From Rebecca billardiae RCC1528 (taxonomy: Eukaryota > Protista > Haptophyta), in assembly GCA_965240325.2 (NCBI GenBank), contig OZ251223.1:4216001-4280000 (forward strand): DNA of 64,000 bases, written 5' to 3'. Shown here one piece after another: positions 57,379 to 64,000 of this stretch; position 1 is the first letter of the stretch, and each line of letters starts with the position of its first letter. The translations under genes were made by a program, and so were the position numbers. The notes under the pieces are model-generated. The model ran no database searches. It was not told the DNA's origin and worked only from the letters and a program-made list of their open reading frames with translations.

Positions 57379-58497
57379 TCACGCGACACCAGCCAATGCA
57401 CGCTGCTCGAAGCAAAGCTTCGTGTACATAGTGACGCTCTTCAGCTTGCCCGCTGGTAGTGTGCCGTTGGACTTCAGCTCTGCCAGCCTTCCCAGCGTGC
57501 GATTGACATCGCCAAGAGATCCGGCTCTCCAGAGGCGCTGCCCGAAGGTCCCACCGTGCTCCTTCGCGTACGCCACACCGCGGACGCAGCGGAGTGCTCC
57601 GTTGGGCAAAGTGGCGTTGGGAAGGCTGGCCCAGGCCACGAGCATTCCCACCAGCCGCTCCCACGCCTGATTCACCAGGTTGAGCGTGACCTCACCACGG
57701 TCGACAGCCGCCCACATCCGTTGGATCGAAGGGAGAGCTTCTGCAGGGGCCCTTTGGGCTGCATCCGGTGCGTGCAAGCGTGGTGGAGTCCACAGGCGGG
57801 CAGCGCACAAGCGCGCCCATCCCTCCCGAGACATCTCAAGGAGCCCGTGCGGGACGTAGGCCCACGGTAGCGGCTGGAGGCCCAGTGCGGCTGATGGTTT
57901 GGGCACACCCTCACCTGGCTTCTTGCGAGAACGTGCCCGCCTCGACTGCGGGCGCATCGGATCAAAGCCCAGATCGTTCATGACGGCAAAGATGAAGCCC
58001 ATGATTGGCTTCATCTCGTTGCTAAAGCCGGCGGCTCGCGCCTCTCCCAGCCCCGTGATAGGACATGCCTCCGGCGCCGGCCACTTGTGCACGTTGGCTT
58101 GCAGCATCGTGGAATGCTGCAGGAGGACGATGCGACCGTCGGCGCTCAATGAGGGCACTTGTCCGTGCGCCATAGCCCGGTGGAGCTCCTGGAGTGCACC
58201 GAGCTGGCCGTGGCTCCGCTCGGTGCGGATGACGGTGAGAAGTTCTCCACGCGCGCCCCCCACAGAGCTGCTGACATTCAGCGAATGCAACACACGCAGG
58301 TCATACGTGAGTGTCGCTGCCTCCTTCGGCGAGGCGTTGTCGATGAGGACGATAGGCGTGCCAGGGTGATAGCGCACGACCTTGCGGACGGTCTGGTACA
58401 GCAGGCCGCAGTTGAACTCATCCGGCACATGGGCCACAACCAGGAAGAGAAGCGGCACGGTCAGCCCTGACGGCGTTCTTGAATCTATCTGTGGCAT
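57379..58497 (-). CDS. Putative GT-A-like glycosyltransferase-related protein
   Basis: VRKVVRYHPGTPIVLIDNAS, IVLLQHST, AWERLVGML; 5' end uncertain (possible upstream exon). Confidence 0.5.
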   Translation of the reverse strand: MPQIDSRTPSGLTVPLLFLVVAHVPDEFNCGLLYQTVRKVVRYHPGTPIVLIDNASPKEAATLTYDLRVLHSLNVSSSVGGARGELLTVIRTERSHGQLGALQELHRAMAHGQVPSLSADGRIVLLQHSTMLQANVHKWPAPEACPITGLGEARAAGFSNEMKPIMGFIFAVMNDLGFDPMRPQSRRARSRKKPGEGVPKPSAALGLQPLPWAYVPHGLLEMSREGWARLCAARLWTPPRLHAPDAAQRAPAEALPSIQRMWAAVDRGEVTLNLVNQAWERLVGMLVAWASLPNATLPNGALRCVRGVAYAKEHGGTFGQRLWRAGSLGDVNRTLGRLAELKSNGTLPAGKLKSVTMYTKLCFEQRALAGVA

Positions 58498-58995
58498 CCG
58501 GCGACCAAGGGCCGACCGCCATCGTCCGAGTTCACCCGACTCACCATCACCAGTGCTGTGGCTGCTGTGGCTCGGGCTGTGATGAATGACATTTCATTTT
58601 CGGACTCGGATGCCTGACTAGCAGTGACTGACAGCATCATGGACATGGACTCACGACTCAGCAAGGACCATCTTAGGCCATCGCCGTCGGTGGAGTGCGG
58701 GCCCGAGGTTCGCGGGGTCGGGCCAGTGAGGGCCACGCCGGCCGCCGGCCGCCGGGCCGCCGGGCATGGACCTCTGCGCGAATCAGTCCCGCCGTGAGGC
58801 GGTTCCAACCGCCCAAGGCGCCCGCGGCAACGAATCCGCTGCGCCCACAGGCCGACGTCCTCAAGCGCAAGTCGGCAGCCCCGCATGGTGCCCACTGCCC
58901 AGCGTCAGACACGCCTCCTCGGCGGCCTCCTCAAGAGCCCTCGAAGGCGAGGCGCGGCGGCGCTCTGCCGGCGCGCCCGGTTGGCTGGCCAGTGG

Positions 58996-59907
58996 CTATG
59001 GGAAGTGTGCGGACACGTGCTTGGACATGCTGAAGGTGGTCATCTCGTCCACCTTGAAGAGGCGCTTGAGGGTGGCGTCGCACATGATGCGGCGCTTGTC
59101 CGACGGATTCTGCAGCCCGTTCGCCTTGATGTGCGCCCACAAGTGCTTGGTGATCACGAAGCGGTTGTTCGTCTCCTCGCCGCAGAACTCGGCGAGCTCA
59201 GGCGTGCCCTTGTACGCGCTGCCGCCGCTCGGCGAGCGCTTCGAAGCGGGCTTCGCGGCGGACTTGGCCGCCTTGCGCGGCTTGGGCGCGGCCTCGTCGT
59301 CCTCGTCCTCGCTCACCTCCTCCCCCGACTCCGCCGCCTCCTCCTCCTTCCCCTCCTTGGGCAGCAGGTGCGGCCCGATGTATTTGCTCATCGTGAAGGT
59401 GTGGATGCGCGCGGTCCCGCCAAAGAACTTCTTCAGCTTGGCGTCGCACAGGATGTAGCGCTTGTCGCTCGCGTCCTGCAGCCCGTGCTTCTTAATGTAC
59501 ACCCACAGCAGCTTGATCACGCGGAAGCGCGTGGCCCGGCGCACGCCGAGGATCGCCGCGAGCTCGTCCGAGATGGGCGGGTGCGACGGGTCCTCCTCAA
59601 TCTCGACGTCGGCCGCGTCGCCATCCGCACCCGCCTCGCGCGCCTTGCGCTTGCGCCCGGCGGGTGCGGCCGGCGCGGGCTCGTCGGGCTCGTCCCCCGC
59701 GGCGCTCTCCTCCGCGAATGCGTTGATCTTCTCCTTGATCCACGCCTTGCTCGTGCTCGAGCCGAGCGTGAGGCCAAACTCGGACTCGAGCTGCTTCCGC
59801 ACGCCCTTGGTCGTGAGCTGCGACAGGTCGGAGGCAGCGAGGATGGCCTTGAGCCGCTCCTCCAGCTCATCCCATTGCTTCTTCGTCGTGGGCTCGTTCT
59901 CGCCCAT
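58996..59907 (-). CDS. DEK-C plus two SWIB/MDM2 domains (UAF30/TRI1-like)
   Basis: DLSQLTTKGVRKQLE; LWVYIKKHGLQD..ILCDAKL; LWAHIKANGLQNP..IMCDATL. Confidence 0.9.
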   Translation of the reverse strand: MGENEPTTKKQWDELEERLKAILAASDLSQLTTKGVRKQLESEFGLTLGSSTSKAWIKEKINAFAEESAAGDEPDEPAPAAPAGRKRKAREAGADGDAADVEIEEDPSHPPISDELAAILGVRRATRFRVIKLLWVYIKKHGLQDASDKRYILCDAKLKKFFGGTARIHTFTMSKYIGPHLLPKEGKEEEAAESGEEVSEDEDDEAAPKPRKAAKSAAKPASKRSPSGGSAYKGTPELAEFCGEETNNRFVITKHLWAHIKANGLQNPSDKRRIMCDATLKRLFKVDEMTTFSMSKHVSAHFP

Positions 59908-60218
59908 CTCGAGCGGGCACCCGCCGCTCAGGGGCGCGCCTGGCCGCTGATGCGAACCGGCCTGTGTTGCGCAGGCCCCTCCGGCTCGTCGGAGCTCACG
60001 CCCGGGGCCGCGCCGGTGGGGGTTTCGACAATCGACAGCTAGCTCGCTCTTGATCAGTTGCGTTGATCAGCTCGCTGATCGATGACAATTGATGAATGAA
60101 CAGCAGAGCAGCAGGGCTTTCGATGACGAAGCTGGCCGACATCGGCACCTGTCAGCAGGGCGGCGGCATCGTGCCCGCGTGCTGGCCGTGTGAGTGATCC
60201 AGCCGAGCGACGAACCCT

Positions 60219-62536
60219 ATGAGCAGCGCGAAGCGGGAGGGTGAGCTCGATCAGATGGTGCTCAGCTACCTGCACGAGCGCGGGTTCAACGACACCGCCG
60301 CGAAGCTTCGCGACGAGGCGCAGGTGTGCGCGCGGCGCGGCGGCCGCGAGCCCGAGTGCGCGGTGCGGCGGAGGCATGCAAACCCGCGCGCGCGCGACCG
60401 TGTGGCCGCGGCGCCGGCGGCAGGTGCAATCGCTCCCGGAGATGGTGGCACAGCTCAGGCGCGACGTGAAGGCGTCGCTGGGCTCTGGCATCCTGTACCA
60501 CTCGGCGGGCGCCGTGTGGTCGATCGAGGCGTGCTACGCGCGGCTGAGCGAGTGGGTCGCGTCCGCGCTCGACATGTACCGCCGCGAGCTGAGCGCGCTG
60601 CTGTACCCGCTCTTCGTGCGCATCTACCTCGACCTGGTGGAGAAGGGCCTCCCCGACGAGGCCGCGCGCTTCATGTCCGCCCACCGCGCCCACTTTGCGG
60701 ACGCGGAGGCCGAGCTCGTGCAGCTGTCGACGCTGAGCTCCGCGGCGCACCTCAGGGACTCGGAGCTGGCGCGCGCGTACACGGGCTCGGCGGTGGAGCT
60801 GCGGCTGAGCGCGTACTCGTTCGAGCTGCTCGTCAGCTTCATCCAGTCGGAGCAGCTGCTCCCGCTGCTGCAGCTCCTCAACAGCGACCGCTTCACCGTC
60901 GTCATCTCGCGGCGCGCGCCCGCGCTCGGAGAGGACGGCGCGCCGTGCGGCGCGAGCGGCGCGAGCGGCGGGAGCACGACGGCCGCGGCGCTGTTCGGCG
61001 AGGTGGACGCGGTGAACGCGCAGCCGGCGGTGCTGGACGGGCTTGCCGAGCTGCACGCGGAGCACGAGCGGCTGCGGGCCGCGCACGACGCCGCGCAGGC
61101 GGGCGCGCCCGCCGCCGCCACGCCGAGCGGCAAGCGCGCGCGCGCCGGCTCGGCGGGCGCGCCGCCGCTCACGCCGTCGCGCATCCCGCTGCCCGCGTGG
61201 TCGGAGCGCGTGGAGGCGGAGGTGGTGCAGGACGCGCTGCTGCGCCCGTCGCTCTCCGCCTCGGCGCCCCCGTCGTGCTGCATGCTCACCTTCCTGCACA
61301 CCGCGCACGCGCCCGTCAACGCCGTCGCCTTCTCCGCCGACGGCGCCGCGGTGGCGAGCGCGCACGCCGACTCCTCGCTCAGCCTGGCGCTGCTGCGCAG
61401 GCTGCGCGAGCGGCAGGGGGGCGAGGGCGCGGAGGCGGAGACGTCGCGCTCGGACGAGGCGGTGCGCTCGCTCGTGGGGCACAGCGGCCCCGTGTACGCC
61501 GCCTCGTTCTCGCGCTGCGGCCGCTTCCTGCTCTCCGCCTCGCAGGACGGCACCGCGCGGCTGTGGTCCGCGGGCGAGGGCTCGCGGCTGCACGGCGAGT
61601 GCCTCGTGTGCTACCGCGGCCACGCCTTCCCCGTGTGGGACGTGGCCTTCTCGCACCTCGGGTACCACTTCGCCTCGGGCGGGCACGACGGGACGGCCAG
61701 GCTGTGGGCGACCGACCGGCTCGCGCCGATGCGCCTCTTCGTCGGCCACCTGGCTGACGTGCACGTGAGCGCGCAGCGCGGCCCGCCCGCCATCGAGCGC
61801 GCGCGCGAACGGATGCGCTCCGCTCCGCGCGCGCCGCCCGGGCCGCCCTCGCCGCCGCTCACGCGCGCGCGCGCGCCCGCCCGCCCGCGCGCGCTGGCGA
61901 GCGCCGCGCAGTGTGTCGCGTTCCACCCGAACTGCAACTACGTGCTCAGCGGCTCGGCCGACTGCTCGCTGCGCATGTGGGACGTGAGCACGGGCACGTG
62001 TGTGCGGCTGCTATGCGGCCACAGCGCGTCTGTCACGTGCGTGGCGCTCTCCGCAGACGGCCGCTTCTGCGCGTCCGGCTCTGCGGACCGCAGCGTGCGC
62101 GTGTGGGACCTGGGCTCGGGGCGCGAGCTCTCGCGGCTCAGCGGGCACGACGGCTGCGTGTGGAGCGTCGCGTTCAGCCACGACACGCCCGGAGTGCTCG
62201 CAACCGGCGGGGCGGACTGCACGGTCCGCATCTGGGTGTGTGCGCGCGCGCGCCCAACGAGCGCGCCCCGGAGCCCAGGCTGCGCGCGCGCGCGGCGCGG
62301 CGCGTCGAGGCCGAGGACCCGCGCCCGCTGCGCTCGGCGCGCCTGCCGCGCAGGACGTGAACGCGGCGACGAGCGCGAGCGGCGCGCAGCAGCAGGCGTC
62401 GAGCACCAAGCGGCCCGGCGCCGAGCCAGCCGCGGTGTGCACGCTGTTCACCAAGGAGACGCCCGTCGTGCGCACGCACTTCACGAGGCGCAACCTGCTG
62501 TTTGCCGCCGGCTCCTACAGCCCGGTCGGCAGGTGA
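60219..62536 (+). CDS. TAF5: TFIID subunit 5 (TAF5/TAF5L): LisH, NTD2, WD40 repeats
   Basis: Introns 60324-60423, 61765-61911, 62236-62353; LDMYRRELSALLYPLFV, GHSGPVY, FHPNCNY, FTRRNLL. Confidence 0.92.
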
Positions 62537-63091
62537 CGGGCGAGCGGACGCAGCCGACGGACGGCCGGGTCGGTGCGAGCCGCGTGGCCGCGATGCTGCG
62601 GTCAATGCTGCGGTCAGAGCCGGGCCCCGCCAGGCCGACGCGCGGGAGTGCCTGTGGAGCGTCATACTCATCCTCATACCGTGAGTGCGGCTCTGGCCTC
62701 TGGGCGCCGCAGCCCTTGACCGTCATCATGATCGCAAGCAGAAGGCAGGGCGGCGGAGAACTCATCCGCGGACACGCGGTGGCTCGTGCCAGACCTGCCT
62801 GATATGCACTCAGTCGGAGTCCGAACGGCCGCCGGCGAGGCACGCTCGAGTCCGGGCCACTCCGAGGGGCGGTCCGGACATCACCGGAGCTGAACGAGTG
62901 CGTTCTGATGCGTTGGCGGTGCAAACGGCTGCAGTCATTGTCAGCGTTCACGTTCGTGAGGAACCGGCCGGGGCGGTTGACACGAACGGAAAGCAGTGCC
63001 GCCAGCGCGGCAGGACCCACGTCCCACGCCACCGGTTTTAACGCTTCGCGGTTCGCAGCACGCCCGTCCACCTCGACAAGCCGACGCCGAC

Positions 63092-63901
63092 ATGAGCACG
63101 CTGAGCGACGTTGTGCGCATCGGTGCCGAGTCGAACGTGCTCGGCCGAGTGCAGCAGCCCAAACGACTCCGCGCGAGTGCCAGGCCGACGCCACGCGCCG
63201 TGAGCACGCGCACCGGCTTCTGCTGGGTCCGGCACGAGCGCTTTGCGCCCTTTGCCAGCACGTGGAAGCGGCGGTACCTCGTCCTCGACTTTGACCGGAG
63301 GATCCTGACCATCTACCGCGAGGACAAGACCACCTTCATCAACTTCCTCGACCTACGTCGCTGCAATCTCGCCGCCGTGTCCCGGCCGGGCGCCGAGCGC
63401 CGCGGCGCGTTCACCATCGCTGCGCCACTCTCAACGCGCACAATTGCTGCTGAGGACGAGGAGGTGTCCAAGGCGTGGCTCGCCGAGCTGATGCGCGCGA
63501 CAGCCGGCTCGTCGGTGCAGCCAGCCGAGGCACATACTGCGTCGGCTCGGCGCGCGCGCCGCGACATGTCGCGCGCCCAGCGGCGTGAGCGCGCGGCGCT
63601 GCTCGTGCAGGCGCGGTTCAGGCTGCACATGCGCCGCCGCCGCCAGCGCTTCGCAGCCAAGAACCTGGCTGATGCCAGCGCGGCTGGCCGAGAGCCCGTA
63701 ACGCCGGAACCTCTCGCGCCGGCAGAGGCCAAGCTCGCGGCTCGGCAGGCTCGGCGGCGGCTGGCAGCGCGTGCGGAGCTGGACGACGGGACGACTGCCG
63801 CTGATGCCGTGCGGCGCATGCAGCAAGCTGATGAGCCTGATTATGACGCCGAGGCTGCGCCGCGCCGCCCGCGCAAGGACGTCGTCACGATTGTCGGCTG
63901 A
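63092..63901 (+). CDS. PH-domain protein with an IQ-like motif
   Basis: WKRRYLVL..LTIY..AWLAEL; ALLVQARFR. Confidence 0.7.
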   Translation: MSTLSDVVRIGAESNVLGRVQQPKRLRASARPTPRAVSTRTGFCWVRHERFAPFASTWKRRYLVLDFDRRILTIYREDKTTFINFLDLRRCNLAAVSRPGAERRGAFTIAAPLSTRTIAAEDEEVSKAWLAELMRATAGSSVQPAEAHTASARRARRDMSRAQRRERAALLVQARFRLHMRRRRQRFAAKNLADASAAGREPVTPEPLAPAEAKLAARQARRRLAARAELDDGTTAADAVRRMQQADEPDYDAEAAPRRPRKDVVTIVG

Positions 63902-64000
63902 GTAGTAGTATGCGTGCCACTGCAATAATCACAGCAACGACTTCTTTTTTAAAGCGGCCGTTAGCGTGTCCAGCGGCCAGATTAATTTTCGAAAAATTAC

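Noticed and set aside
1470-61911. Three introns of exactly 147 nt (nucleosome length) and several in-frame stop-free introns
   Set aside because: Lengths spread from 76 to 210 nt, and absence of stops is expected at this GC; no shared sequence suggesting introner elements
1-64000. Hundreds of long Arg/Ala/Pro-rich overlapping ORFs in the track
   Set aside because: Shadow frames caused by very high GC and few stop codons; no domain motifs

Overview
Gene-dense, very GC-rich eukaryotic nuclear DNA with short (about 75-210 nt) GC-rich GT-AG spliceosomal introns and several bipartite signal+transit peptide proteins. This fits an alga with a complex plastid; a haptophyte such as Pavlovales is my inference. 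About 25 protein genes can be built by hand. They include RPT1, histone H4, RPS25, TAP42, TAF5, a DEK-C/SWIB protein, a NEK kinase, an MFS transporter, two PILS-like transporters, a TMEM41/DedA protein, a multicopper oxidase with a ShK domain, a GNAT, an HSL-type hydrolase, a C2/cadherin-like membrane protein and an FN3+SHIPPO protein. Most genes sit in head-to-head pairs. The standout is a divergent pair of Hedgehog-type Hint proteins (EF-hands, TM, RRL-separated modules, Cys-rich repeats, Hint). Their Hint halves are nearly identical and their N-terminal halves have diverged. The pair is bracketed by inverted copies of a (TA)n-tailed repeat. Other notable items: a templated micro-insertion ('stutter') pattern in non-coding DNA, a 2.7 kb element with 39 bp inverted repeats, an RRM-less CstF-64-like gene paired with a NYN nuclease, and an intron-containing H4 (V65C) with a 3' stem-loop. 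Most long ORFs in the supplied track are GC-shadow frames. All family calls are by eye, without database searches.
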